Assembly (NCBI GenBank): GCA_036960375.1
Contig: JBALVY010000001.1
Span: 716,906-780,905, forward strand
DNA from: Pseudomonadales bacterium
Lineage (GTDB): Bacteria > Pseudomonadota > Gammaproteobacteria > Pseudomonadales > CAWVSB01
Length of the DNA stretch: 64,000 nt
Direction: 5' to 3'
Made by a program: the position numbers and the translations under genes. Below are positions 31,070 to 41,266 of this stretch, piece by piece (positions within the stretch are counted from its first letter, which is position 1; each line of letters begins with the position of its first letter). Under the pieces are notes generated by a model. The model was given only the letters and a program-made list of their open reading frames with translations, did not search any database and was not told the DNA's origin.

Positions 31070-33364
31070 GTGAGTGTGGCCAAGGTAAAAGACAAAAAAA
31101 GTAGTGGTTTTTGGTGGAAGTTGATGCTGGTGTTAGCCGTTATCGGGCTCGCGGTTATGATCTATCTGGATGCCACAATTCGAGCTACATTTGCAGGCAA
31201 GAAATGGTCGGTACCTGCGATTGTTTATGCCAGGCCGCTCGAGATTTATCAGGGCGCCGAGCTGACGCTTGAGGATTTAAAAACTGAGCTGGCCCAGCTG
31301 GGTTATCGATTTGTGTCTCGCGTCAGCAAGCCAGGTCAGGTTGCAGTGAAAGGTAATCGGGTCAATATTTATACACCTGGCTTTCAATTCCCAGACGATT
31401 TGGAGCCTTCCCGGCGTATAGAGTTACGACTTGATAGTGGTGTGGTTTCCGACCTGGTAAGCAATGACGGTGCCGCTCTACTACGTCTTGAGCCCTTACC
31501 CATAGGCGGTATATATCCCTCCCACAACGAAGACCGTTTACTGGTGCAATTGTCTGAGGTACCGATGTCGCTGCAGGATATGCTAGTGGCGGTGGAGGAC
31601 GATGATTTTTACCGTCACTTCGGCGTTTCTTTGCGGGGTATCGCCAGGGCGGTGGTGGCGAATATCAAGAGCCAGGGCATCTCGCAGGGCGCATCTACGC
31701 TGACCCAGCAGCTGGTTAAAAATTATTATCTCAGCGCAGAGCGCACCTTTTCGCGCAAGGTACAGGAAGCCTTAATGGCCTTGTTGCTGGAATTGCATTT
31801 CAGTAAAGCAGAGATTTTGGAAGGTTATATTAATGAAATTTATCTGGGTCAAGATGGTCCGCGGGCGGTTCATGGTTTTGGTTTGGCCAGTCAATATTAT
31901 TTCAACCGAACACTGGCCAGCTTGTCGATAGATCAACAGGCTTTATTAGTTGCTCTGGTTAGGGGGCCGAGTTATTACAACCCCTGGCGCAACCCTGAGC
32001 GGGCCTTAAAGCGCCGCAATAGGGTTTTGGATATTGCTGTGCGCGAGAATCGTCTGGATCGCGCTTCGGCGGAGCAGGCGAAGGCCCGTCCATTGGCAAT
32101 GGGTGAGCGTGCAACGACGCAACGTCGGCGCTATCCAGCGTATCTCGATCTGGTACGCAGGCAGTTGCAGCGGGATTATAAAGTTGAGGACTTGAATTCC
32201 AGTGGGCTATCAATTTTTACCCACTTTGATCCTCTGGTACAGGCTAGCGCAGAATCCAGCTTGACGCGTGCAATTGCCAAACATGAATCCAGCGGGGTGA
32301 GCGCAGAACTGGAGGGTGCTGTGGTCATTACACGGCCCAATACAGGTGCGGTGATTGCCGTAGTAGGTGGCAAAAATTCCCGTTTTGCCGGTTTTAATCG
32401 CGCTGTCGATGCGCGTCGTCAGGTGGGTTCACTGCTGAAACCTGCGGTATATCTAGCGGCCCTTGAGCAGCCCTCTGTCTATAATCTGGCAAGTCCTGTT
32501 AACGACGATGAATATACACTGAGTTTGCCCAATGGTGATGAATGGTCGCCTAAAAACTATGATCTTGAAAATCATGGTGATGTATTGTTATATCGGGCAT
32601 TAGCGAATTCCTATAATCAGGCAACGGCGCGTCTGGGTAACGAGATAGGGCTGGATCGTGTGCTGGATACAGTACGTCGGCTGGGGGTGGAGCAGAGCTT
32701 GCCTGAGCTGCCCTCAATTACCCTGGGTGCTGTGGGTCTGGTTCCGCTGGAAGTCGCACAAATGTATCAAACATTGGCGGCCGATGGTTTTTATACACCG
32801 CTTTTAACAATCAATGCAGTGCTAGAGCCCGGTGGTCGACTGCTAAAAAGTTATCCGCTGGATGTGGATCAACGTTTCGATGCAGAATCGATTTATTTAC
32901 TGCGCCATGCGCTGCAGGCGGTGACTCGCGAGGGCACCGCCAAGTCTCTGAGTTGGTTGTTACCCGATTTTGCAGTGGCCGGTAAAACCGGTACCACGGA
33001 TGATTTGCGCGATAGTTGGTTTGCTGGATTTTCCGGTGATATGCTGGCTGTTGTATGGATGGGCCGCGATGACAATGGCAGTACGGGCCTGACCGGCTCC
33101 AGTGGTGCACTGCGGGTGTGGGCAGAAATTCTTCGCGCACATTCTCGATTGCCTATTCAGAACTTGCCCCCTCAAAATATTGCTATTGGCTGGGTGGATA
33201 ACAACACCGGACAAGGTAGCCAGCAGTCGTGCACAGCGGCCATTCCACTGCCGTTTATAGTAGGCTATGAGCCATCGGAAGAAATTCGCTGTCAGCAGCA
33301 GGGCGCTAACAAGGTATTTGATGGGCTGCGAGATTGGTTTCGTGGGTTACGGGATAAAATGTGA
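31070..33364 (+). CDS. mrcB: Penicillin-binding protein 1B
   Basis: TM, UB2H region, transglycosylase EDDDFYRH/GASTLTQQLVKN/RKVQE, transpeptidase SLLK, SYN and KTGT. Confidence 0.96.
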   Translation: MSVAKVKDKKSSGFWWKLMLVLAVIGLAVMIYLDATIRATFAGKKWSVPAIVYARPLEIYQGAELTLEDLKTELAQLGYRFVSRVSKPGQVAVKGNRVNIYTPGFQFPDDLEPSRRIELRLDSGVVSDLVSNDGAALLRLEPLPIGGIYPSHNEDRLLVQLSEVPMSLQDMLVAVEDDDFYRHFGVSLRGIARAVVANIKSQGISQGASTLTQQLVKNYYLSAERTFSRKVQEALMALLLELHFSKAEILEGYINEIYLGQDGPRAVHGFGLASQYYFNRTLASLSIDQQALLVALVRGPSYYNPWRNPERALKRRNRVLDIAVRENRLDRASAEQAKARPLAMGERATTQRRRYPAYLDLVRRQLQRDYKVEDLNSSGLSIFTHFDPLVQASAESSLTRAIAKHESSGVSAELEGAVVITRPNTGAVIAVVGGKNSRFAGFNRAVDARRQVGSLLKPAVYLAALEQPSVYNLASPVNDDEYTLSLPNGDEWSPKNYDLENHGDVLLYRALANSYNQATARLGNEIGLDRVLDTVRRLGVEQSLPELPSITLGAVGLVPLEVAQMYQTLAADGFYTPLLTINAVLEPGGRLLKSYPLDVDQRFDAESIYLLRHALQAVTREGTAKSLSWLLPDFAVAGKTGTTDDLRDSWFAGFSGDMLAVVWMGRDDNGSTGLTGSSGALRVWAEILRAHSRLPIQNLPPQNIAIGWVDNNTGQGSQQSCTAAIPLPFIVGYEPSEEIRCQQQGANKVFDGLRDWFRGLRDKM

Positions 33365-33381
33365 GAGAAATTTTGAATCTA

Positions 33382-33846
33382 ATGCGAGCAATAAGCCTGT
33401 TATGTCTGCCGTGGATATTAGTGGCCTGTGGCACGGTGCCAGTCTCTGCTCCCGTGGAAGATGTTAATCAGCCACCGATAAGTAGCCAACCGGGGGAAGT
33501 CAGTACCCCTACTCCAACGTTTGAACCTGCCGAGCCCGTTATTCAGCCCAAGCCCGCCGCAGTTGATAGCGTGGCAGAGGCGCCTGCTGCGGTGGCGTCG
33601 TTACTGCAGCGTGCGCAGCAACAGGAACAAGACGGTGATAGCGAGGCGGCAATTGCCTCATTAGAGCGGGCAGTTCGCATTGCCCCCCGCTATCCCGAGA
33701 GTTATTTTCGCTTGGCAGAGTTGCGTTACCAGCAGGGAAGTTACAGTCAGGCTCGATCATTGGCTCAAAAAACCCTCAGCCTGGGAGCTGAGGGCTGGTT
33801 GCGCGGGCAGGCGCAGGCTTTAGTCGATAAAACATCGGCTCACTAG
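33382..33846 (+). CDS. TPR lipoprotein, probable PBP1b activator (LpoP-like)
   Basis: Lipobox LVAC, Pro-rich linker, TPRs (LERAVRIAP); immediately downstream of mrcB as lpoP is in Pseudomonas. Confidence 0.8.
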   Translation: MRAISLLCLPWILVACGTVPVSAPVEDVNQPPISSQPGEVSTPTPTFEPAEPVIQPKPAAVDSVAEAPAAVASLLQRAQQQEQDGDSEAAIASLERAVRIAPRYPESYFRLAELRYQQGSYSQARSLAQKTLSLGAEGWLRGQAQALVDKTSAH

Positions 33847-33867
33847 CCGGGATTATTCAGAGGTGCC

Positions 33868-35349
33868 CTAGGTCTCAATAAGATTATACAGGCCGTCGGG
33901 GCGAGGGCTAAACACCAGTTCGCGATTAATGCAGGCCGGGATTTCGCCGGGCAGGTGGCTGACAAAAAGAATCTGTGTATTGGTCTGTTGAGCAATCACG
34001 TTGACCATGCGTAAGAAAACATCCCGGTTGTATTCATCCAAACCTGTACAAGCTTCATCCAGAATGAGAACGGGCGGGTATTTCACCATCGCCCGTGCCA
34101 GCAGTATCATGCGTTGCTGGCCATAAGACAGGCGGTTAAACAGTTTTTTCTCCAGCTCGCTGATACCCAGAGCGCGCATCCAGGCGCGTGCTGTTTTAGC
34201 CTCGCAGCCGCCATATTCCCGATACAGGCCTACTGAATCATAAAAGCCGGATACCACCGCTTCAAAGGCGGTGCTGCCGCGGGGGTATTGATCGTGCAGA
34301 TGATTGTTCACAATGCCAAATTTTTGTTTGATATCCCATACCGATTCACCGCTGCCGCGGCGCTGCCCAAACAGGAATATATGCTGGCCGTAGGCTTTGT
34401 GATTGTCACCGGTCATCAGGCTTAGCAGGGTAGATTTTCCGCAACCGTTGGGTCCACTAATAGCGATGTGATCACCGTAGTTGAGGGTGAAGTTGATATT
34501 ATCCAGAACTGTTTGCTCGCCGTAGGCAACCTGCACATTCTCCATATGTACCAGCGCCTGACCCGGTGGCGGGATATAGATTTTCAGCATCGGGTCGGCT
34601 TCGGGCAAGTTGTCGGGCAGAGGCGGCAAAGGTGGAAATAGTGCCGTAAAGGCCGGGCTATGCAGAATGTCTGCTGTACCGCCCTGTGCACTTATTGCCA
34701 GCTGAGCGAGTAAGGCCAGGTGGGTAATGCCCGGCAGGATATCTTCGCGCCGCCGGGTCAGCAGAACAATACTGAGCTGCTCAGACATGAGTTCTGTAAT
34801 CAGTTGCGCCACCTGTAGCTTGGCGGTGCGATCAAGGCCTTCCATCGGGTTGTCAAGAATCAGTACTCTGGGTTTCTCCAAAATGGTGCGTAATATCAGT
34901 ACTTTGCGCATCTCGCCCGAGGAGATAAAACGAATGCCGCGGCTTAATACGTGGGCCAGACGAAAGCGTTCTACCCACTCTTCAAAATGGCGGTCGGCCG
35001 GTCGACCCTGCAGTATGGTTTGTTGAGCAGAAGTGCCAGGGTCAAAAGCGTCTTCGCGCAGTTCGCTGTCGTCAAAACGCTGGTCGTATTCGTAGAGTGC
35101 CTGCTGTTCTTCAAAAGACACATAGGCTACGCCACTTTTGGCGTCGATGTCCTTATGGTAGTGGATGCTACCCTGAGCGATGGGTATGCGGTGGCCTATG
35201 ATTTTGGCAACTGCGGTCTTGCCCGAACCGTTGCCACCGACTAATGCCCAGTGTTCTCCAGCTTGTAATGTCCAGCAGAGATTCAGGATGGTGTTGTCGC
35301 GGTTTAGGTTGCAATGAATTTTTTGCAGTGTCACTAAGGCTTGGGACAT
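33868..35349 (-). CDS. modF: Twin-domain ABC ATP-binding protein ModF-like
   Basis: Two Walker A motifs (GGNGSGKT, GPNGCGKS), VSFEEQQ, RRGSGESVWDIK and LSYGQQR. Confidence 0.88.
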   Translation of the reverse strand: MSQALVTLQKIHCNLNRDNTILNLCWTLQAGEHWALVGGNGSGKTAVAKIIGHRIPIAQGSIHYHKDIDAKSGVAYVSFEEQQALYEYDQRFDDSELREDAFDPGTSAQQTILQGRPADRHFEEWVERFRLAHVLSRGIRFISSGEMRKVLILRTILEKPRVLILDNPMEGLDRTAKLQVAQLITELMSEQLSIVLLTRRREDILPGITHLALLAQLAISAQGGTADILHSPAFTALFPPLPPLPDNLPEADPMLKIYIPPPGQALVHMENVQVAYGEQTVLDNINFTLNYGDHIAISGPNGCGKSTLLSLMTGDNHKAYGQHIFLFGQRRGSGESVWDIKQKFGIVNNHLHDQYPRGSTAFEAVVSGFYDSVGLYREYGGCEAKTARAWMRALGISELEKKLFNRLSYGQQRMILLARAMVKYPPVLILDEACTGLDEYNRDVFLRMVNVIAQQTNTQILFVSHLPGEIPACINRELVFSPRPDGLYNLIET

Positions 35350-35415
35350 GGCTTGCCAATTTGCTGGAAGAATTAATCAGGTGGGTTAGTATAGCGTGTT
35401 TGAAACAGGATTCTT

Positions 35416-36021
35416 ATGAGCAGTCTGGCAAATCTCGGTGAGTCCCTAAAGCGTTATAGGGCGACACTTGAACCTTCGCGTCATCAGCAGCGTCGCTCAG
35501 CGGTGACTATGCTGCTGCATGAGCGCAGCGGTGAGGTGGAAGTGTTGATGATAGAGCGGGCTACCCATGAAGGTGATCCCTGGTCGGGTCATATGGCATT
35601 TCCCGGCGGGCGGATGGATGAAGCCGATATTCATAGCTATGCCGCTGCGCTGCGAGAGTGCAGTGAAGAAGTGGGCATTGATGTGGAACATTATGGCCAC
35701 TATTTAAGCCGCCTGTCGGAACTACCGACCCATCTGAGGACTGGCACTAGTGCCATGTGGGTGACGCCCTTCGTATTCGCTTTGCATCGTGAGCCGCCAT
35801 TACACCCCAACTACGAAGTCGCTGATACCATTTGGGTGCCGCTGTCTTTTCTGGCTGATGCCGGTAACCGGGAGACTATGCGCTGGCAGCGGGATGATAT
35901 TGATCTTGAACTGCCCTGTTACTGGTATCAGGGTAAACATATCTGGGGCCTGAGTTTGGGTATGCTGGATGAATTGTTAGTGGCGGTTGGCCTGGCTCAT
36001 TTTCCTCAGCCGGCGCGTTAG
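35416..36021 (+). CDS. CoA pyrophosphatase (Nudix, NudL-like)
   Basis: WSGHMAFPGG, Nudix box ALRECSEEVG, IWGLS. Confidence 0.9.
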   Translation: MSSLANLGESLKRYRATLEPSRHQQRRSAVTMLLHERSGEVEVLMIERATHEGDPWSGHMAFPGGRMDEADIHSYAAALRECSEEVGIDVEHYGHYLSRLSELPTHLRTGTSAMWVTPFVFALHREPPLHPNYEVADTIWVPLSFLADAGNRETMRWQRDDIDLELPCYWYQGKHIWGLSLGMLDELLVAVGLAHFPQPAR

Positions 36022-36066
36022 TGTGGCTTTTCTCTGTCTTTGAGACCGCGACTGCAGGTATAAGTT

Positions 36067-36075
36067 TGTGGATAA
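36067..36075 (-). promoter_or_regulatory. Perfect DnaA box upstream of nrdJa
   Basis: TGTGGATAA is the reverse complement of TTATCCACA; a degenerate TGTGTCAAA follows at 36078. Confidence 0.7.
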
Positions 36076-36158
36076 GCTGTGTCAAAAAAAAACTTCTAAA
36101 TAGCTACTAACCCGCTAGCCCAATACTGGCGTGACTTTGGCGGCATTTTATCTCCGTA

Positions 36159-36206
36159 ATCGTATATATAGATGATTTAAATACTGGCGAACACAAGATG
36201 TTGTGC
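36159..36206. promoter_or_regulatory. Tandem NrdR boxes
   Basis: ACACAAGATGTTGTGC at 36191-36206 fits acaCwAtATaTwGtg; a weaker ATCGTATATATAGATG begins 32 bp upstream. Confidence 0.75.
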
Positions 36207-36372
36207 TAAAATTTTTCCTATCGACAGGCTAAATTATTCATTTTTTGTCAAAATTAGTATAAATAACAGAAATGAACAGGCCACAAAAATTCGTATTCAC
36301 ACCGCCTAGAGGCCTTGGTGGTGATAATTAAAACAATCGCTATTAATAGACAGCAAACAGGAAAAGAGATAC

Positions 36373-38526
36373 ATGACTCACCTAGAATTGGCCGTGGCAG
36401 CCAAGGTTGAAAAAGACATTCCCCTGCAGGCCGCATCACTCGATATATGGGATAAAAAATATCGCCTGAAAGACAAGGCGGGCAATGCCGTCGATGCAGA
36501 TATTGACGCGACATACCGTCGTATTGCCCATGCATTGGCAGAGGTAGAAGAGGGTTCTAAAGTAGAAGAGTGGCACGAAAAGTTCCTCTGGGCTCTGCGA
36601 CATGGTGCAATTCCCGCCGGTCGTATTACCTCTAATGCCGGAGCTCTGGAGCACAAACCTGCGACATCAACAATCAATTGTACGGTATCGGGCACGATCC
36701 CCGATTCCATGGAAGGAATCCTTAATAAGAACCTCGAAGCTGGGCTAACCTTGAAGGCCGGCTGTGGTATTGGCTATGAGTTCTCTACGCTGCGTCCTAA
36801 AGGCGCCTATGTCTCTGGTGCAGGCGCTTATACTTCGGGTCCTTTGTCGTTTATGGATATCTACGACAAAATGTGTTTTACCGTGTCTTCGGCGGGTGGT
36901 CGTCGTGGAGCGCAAATGGCGACCTTCGATATTGGTCATCCGGATGTTATCGAGTTTATCCGTGCCAAGCGCGAAGACGGTCGCCTGCGTCAGTTTAATC
37001 TCTCACTGCTGATTACCGATGAGTTTATGCAGGCAGTAAAAGACGACTCCGATTGGCATCTGGCTTACCCCTTAACCAAAAAAGAAGCACTGGACGTTGA
37101 TCTCAATGACCCCACTGACGTGATCTGGCGCGCCTGGCATGGCAGCACCGATAAATCAGCCTATGTCAGTAATGATGATGGTCTTGTGGCCAGCAAAATA
37201 TTTAAGACTCTGCGAGCGTCCAAATTGTGGAACGTGATTATGTCGTCTACCTACGACTTTGCCGAGCCGGGTTTTATCCTTATTGATAAGGTGAACGAGC
37301 AAAACAATAACTGGTTCTGTGAAGATATTCGGGCTACCAACCCTTGCGGCGAACAACCGCTGCCACCTTATGGTAGTTGTCTACTGGGCTCAATTAACCT
37401 GACCCGATTTGTAAAAGAGCCGTTTACCGAGAAAGCCCATTTTGACTGGGATGAATTCAAGGAAGTGGTCGCTATATTCACCCGTATGCTGGATAACGTG
37501 GTTGAGATCAATGGTTTGCCATTGGAGCAGCAGCGCCACGAAATTTTGAATAAGCGTCGTCATGGCATGGGGTTCTTAGGTTTGGGTTCCAGTATGACCA
37601 TGATGCGTATGGCTTATGGTAGCGAGAAATCACTGGCATTTACTGACGATGTCAGCCGCGAGCTGGCTGTTACCGGTTGGCAGGCTGCTCTCGATTTATC
37701 GAAAGAAAAAGGCCCCGCACCGGTAATGGAAGAAGACTTTACCGTCACTGCCGATATGCTGCGCATCCGTCCTGAAATGAAAAAGGATGGCTACAAGGTC
37801 GGTGCTAAAATTAAGGGTAAAGTATTACACGCCAAATACAGCCGTTATATGCAGCAAGTGGCAGAGGTGGCACCTGAGGTGGTTGCCGAACTGGCAGAGC
37901 AGGGCGCACGTTTTACTCATCACAGCTCGATAGCGCCCACAGGTACTATCTCTTTATCCTTGGCTAATAATGCCAGTAACGGCATCGAGCCAAGCTTTGC
38001 GCACCACTATGCTCGCAATGTGATTCGCGAAGGTAAAAAGAGTAAGGAAAAAGTCGATGTATTTTCCTATGAGTTATTGGCTTATAGAGAGCTTATCAAT
38101 GCTAAGGCCATGCCGTTCTCTGATAAAGAAGGTGAGAAACTGCCAGATTACTTCGTTAGTGCTGATGACATAACGCCAAAAGAGCATGTCGATGTTCAGG
38201 CCGCCTCACAAAAATGGATCGATTCATCTATTTCCAAGACGGCCAATGTACCGACCGATTATCCCTATGAAGATTTCAAGGATATCTATCGCTACGCTTA
38301 CGAGCAGGGACTTAAGGGTTGTACGACTTTTCGTTTCAATCCTGCGGCTTTCCAGGGTGTGTTGGTCAAAGAAGCGGATCTTGAAAATACCGTCTACGAA
38401 TTTAAATTGGCAGATGGCACCAGCTTTAAGGCTAAGGGTAATGAAGACATAGAGTATGACGGCGAAATTCATTCAGCGGCCAATCTATTCGATGCCCTGA
38501 AAGAAGGCTATTACGGTAAGTTATAA
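36373..38526 (+). CDS. nrdJa: Class II (adenosylcobalamin-dependent) ribonucleotide reductase, large subunit
   Basis: TINCTV, GGRRGAQM, ATNPCGEQ, CLLGSINL, IAPTGTIS and GLKGCTTFR motifs. Confidence 0.96.
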   Translation: MTHLELAVAAKVEKDIPLQAASLDIWDKKYRLKDKAGNAVDADIDATYRRIAHALAEVEEGSKVEEWHEKFLWALRHGAIPAGRITSNAGALEHKPATSTINCTVSGTIPDSMEGILNKNLEAGLTLKAGCGIGYEFSTLRPKGAYVSGAGAYTSGPLSFMDIYDKMCFTVSSAGGRRGAQMATFDIGHPDVIEFIRAKREDGRLRQFNLSLLITDEFMQAVKDDSDWHLAYPLTKKEALDVDLNDPTDVIWRAWHGSTDKSAYVSNDDGLVASKIFKTLRASKLWNVIMSSTYDFAEPGFILIDKVNEQNNNWFCEDIRATNPCGEQPLPPYGSCLLGSINLTRFVKEPFTEKAHFDWDEFKEVVAIFTRMLDNVVEINGLPLEQQRHEILNKRRHGMGFLGLGSSMTMMRMAYGSEKSLAFTDDVSRELAVTGWQAALDLSKEKGPAPVMEEDFTVTADMLRIRPEMKKDGYKVGAKIKGKVLHAKYSRYMQQVAEVAPEVVAELAEQGARFTHHSSIAPTGTISLSLANNASNGIEPSFAHHYARNVIREGKKSKEKVDVFSYELLAYRELINAKAMPFSDKEGEKLPDYFVSADDITPKEHVDVQAASQKWIDSSISKTANVPTDYPYEDFKDIYRYAYEQGLKGCTTFRFNPAAFQGVLVKEADLENTVYEFKLADGTSFKAKGNEDIEYDGEIHSAANLFDALKEGYYGKL

Positions 38527-38550
38527 GTACAGGATATTAGAGACAAGATT

Positions 38551-39249
38551 ATGGCTATAAAGATAGATAAAGAAATTGTTGGTTACAAAGTGATTACCGA
38601 GGAAGCCGAGGTAGAAATACCGGCGGTGGTAAAGGGTGCTGATATTGTGCATATGCATGAGAAAGTCAGCCGTCCTGATATGCTGCTAGGTTCGACCTAT
38701 AAAATCAAGACACCGCAGTCCGAGCATGCGATGTATATCACCATAAATGATATCGTGCTCAATCCGGGTACCGATCACGAACTGCGGCGTCCATTTGAAG
38801 TATTTGTAAACTCCAAAAATATGGATCATTTTCAATGGGTAGTGGCACTGACCCGGGTAATGTCTGCGGTTTTTCGCAAGGGCGGGGATGTCACCTTCCT
38901 GGTAGAAGAAATGAAAGCGGTATTTGACCCCCAGGGCGGTTACTTCAAAAGCGGTGGTCGTTTTATGCCTTCTATCGTTGCTGAAATAGGTTGTTGCATT
39001 GAAGACCATATGAAAATGATTGGTCTGCTCAAGGATGACGATCTGGATCCGGAGCATCAGAAAATGCTGCAAGAAAAGCGTGCGGCATATGATGCAGCTG
39101 AGAAAAACTCAGCGGGCAATAGCGATGTAGAAGATCAGGGCGATTTCCCATCGAAGGCGACCATGTGTGGCAAGTGCTCGACCAAAGCCGTGATTCTTAT
39201 GGATGGCTGTGTGACTTGTTTGAACTGCGGCGATTCTAAATGTAATTAG
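38551..39249 (+). CDS. nrdJb: Class II RNR small subunit NrdJb (TSCPD domain with Cys-rich tail)
   Basis: GSTYKIKTP, SAVFRKGGD; C-terminal CGKC...DGCVTCLNCGDSKC; follows nrdJa. Confidence 0.93.
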   Translation: MAIKIDKEIVGYKVITEEAEVEIPAVVKGADIVHMHEKVSRPDMLLGSTYKIKTPQSEHAMYITINDIVLNPGTDHELRRPFEVFVNSKNMDHFQWVVALTRVMSAVFRKGGDVTFLVEEMKAVFDPQGGYFKSGGRFMPSIVAEIGCCIEDHMKMIGLLKDDDLDPEHQKMLQEKRAAYDAAEKNSAGNSDVEDQGDFPSKATMCGKCSTKAVILMDGCVTCLNCGDSKCN

Positions 39250-39415
39250 TGGCACCACAATCCGGCCCTCACTCGATCCCTTCGCAAGGGCTATAGCTGA
39301 TCTTCTGGTAACAGGCGGTAGATGGAATCCATCCATCGCTGGAGGGTATTGCGCGCGGGTGGCGAGCTCTATGCCCTGCTTACCACCGCAGAGGATGGCG
39401 CGGGGAGGCACTAGT

Positions 39416-40207
39416 TCAAAAGTAGCTGGTGACGTTGAAGAAGAGGTTCCAGTCATTTTCAATATCGGTATCCTCGCCCCTGCGAAAGGTATTTAGATCC
39501 TTGTCAAAGTTGGTCTGGTAGGTGATATCCCACATGACTGTGGGAGAAAACTCTCCGCCGACGTTGATATCAAAATTTCCCGAACCCTCTCCATCGAGTT
39601 CCCCGGCTAAGAAATAATTGTAGACCGGGATGAGGCGTACCTGCGCGCCAGGCCACCAGTTCTCGTTGTTGTAGATGATCTGTGCATCAAAGCCCGCGCC
39701 TGCGCCGTTGTAATTCTCGAATCGCTTGTCCCAGGCGTTAACCAGGTTGAGTGACAAGTACAGGCTCAAATTTTCGGAGAAATTCCAGGTAGGCATTACC
39801 CCAGTAACCAGCAGATTCTGTCCATCAGTACCCCGTATACCTCCCGCAAGTTGCAGGTCCACTTGCGTGCCCATGCCGCGATAACCTATGGCTTCGTAAT
39901 CCATTTCGAATAGATGGAACCAGCGTAATCGGGTACTGGTCCAGCCTGATTCGGATTTGTGTTGATCATGTCCGGTTATTCTGCCGTAGCCGGCCTCAAA
40001 CAGCACCATGTCGTGATCGCTCAGCCCCAGATTGCCGATAAGGCGCGCTTCCCACAGGTACTCCCCCGTGGTGAAGTCGGTATACTTTGGGCCGCCGCCC
40101 AGAAAAGTGTAGATCTTGGTGGGATCGGATGCGTCAATTGTCTCCCCGGTTGCTGCGCTGGCTAAGAGAAGACCGAGAGAAAGCAGTATATTTTTTCTGT
40201 TCATCAT
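39416..40207 (-). CDS. Hypothetical exported protein, probable outer-membrane beta-barrel
   Basis: Signal peptide, Gly/aromatic-rich alternating strands, C-terminal FFNVTSYF. Confidence 0.7.
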   Translation of the reverse strand: MMNRKNILLSLGLLLASAATGETIDASDPTKIYTFLGGGPKYTDFTTGEYLWEARLIGNLGLSDHDMVLFEAGYGRITGHDQHKSESGWTSTRLRWFHLFEMDYEAIGYRGMGTQVDLQLAGGIRGTDGQNLLVTGVMPTWNFSENLSLYLSLNLVNAWDKRFENYNGAGAGFDAQIIYNNENWWPGAQVRLIPVYNYFLAGELDGEGSGNFDINVGGEFSPTVMWDITYQTNFDKDLNTFRRGEDTDIENDWNLFFNVTSYF

Positions 40208-40456
40208 GGGTTTCTTAAGCATCCTCAAGCCATAGCTCGTGACCAATTATGGACGAGTGGAGTATATCTGGGTAATACTCGGCCGGCTAGTGAGTCAGAA
40301 CTACAGTATTGAGTCATATCATGCGAAATCGACGAGGACATAGATTTTAGCTTTCTAACCCGTTTCACCGAATGTTCTTCATTGTGGGGAAAGACGTTCA
40401 CTAATCCCGCTAATATCTATAAAATCACAGCTTTTCTTATTCCGGAGCACCAACCC

Positions 40457-41173
40457 ATGGGCAGAGCCTATCAAAACCGTAAAGTGTCTATGGCCAAAAC
40501 CTCTGATGCCAAGGCCAAGGTGTATAGCCGTTATGGTCGCGAACTCTATGTTTGCGCCAAGGCCGGCGGCTGTGAGCCTGATGGTAATTTGGCTTTGCGG
40601 GGTTTAATTGATCGAGCGAAAAAAGATCAGGTGCCGAGCCATGTTATTGAAAAAGCCATTACCAAAGCCAAGGGCGGCGGCGGTGAAGATTTTTCACCTG
40701 CTATTTATGAGGGATATGGCCCGGGTAGTACTATGGTTATGATCGAGTGCCTGACTGATAACCCCAATCGCACCTTTGGCGATGTGCGTCTGTGTTTTAC
40801 CAAAACCAAATGCAAAATTGGTACGCAGGGTAGCGTCAGTCACATGTTTGATCATTGCGCGATTTTTGTATTCAAACACGACGACGAAGAGGCTGTTCTT
40901 GAAGCGCTGATGATGGAAGATGTGGATGTCAGCGACATAGAGAGTGAAGAGGGCTTGGTCAGCGTATTTGTGCCAAATACAGAGTATTTTAAGGCAAAAC
41001 AGGCACTGAACAACGCCTTTGGTGAGATAGATTTTGAAATGGCTGAAATTCAATATCTAGCGCAAAATACTGCGCCGATTGACGAAGATGCGCTGGAAAT
41101 GTTTGAAAAGTTTCTGGAGATGATCAACGATCTTGACGATGTGCAAAATATTTACCACAACGCGGAAATATAA
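40457..41173 (+). CDS. YebC/PmpR family protein (YeeN-type)
   Basis: MGRAYQNRK start, [14 protein letters not shown] and [11 protein letters not shown] motifs. Confidence 0.95.
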   Translation: MGRAYQNRKVSMAKTSDAKAKVYSRYGRELYVCAKAGGCEPDGNLALRGLIDRAKKDQVPSHVIEKAITKAKGGGGEDFSPAIYEGYGPGSTMVMIECLTDNPNRTFGDVRLCFTKTKCKIGTQGSVSHMFDHCAIFVFKHDDEEAVLEALMMEDVDVSDIESEEGLVSVFVPNTEYFKAKQALNNAFGEIDFEMAEIQYLAQNTAPIDEDALEMFEKFLEMINDLDDVQNIYHNAEI

Positions 41174-41266
41174 AGCGGTGGTTTAATTCAACCATGTTGC
41201 TCTACATGGCGCATTGCCGGGCTGTCATTTGAGATTCGATAAGCACTGCCCTCCGGGAGATATTCG

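Noticed and set aside
36022-36372. Cobalamin riboswitch or replication origin upstream of nrdJa
   Set aside because: No B12-box motif; only one perfect DnaA box and no oriC-flanking genes.
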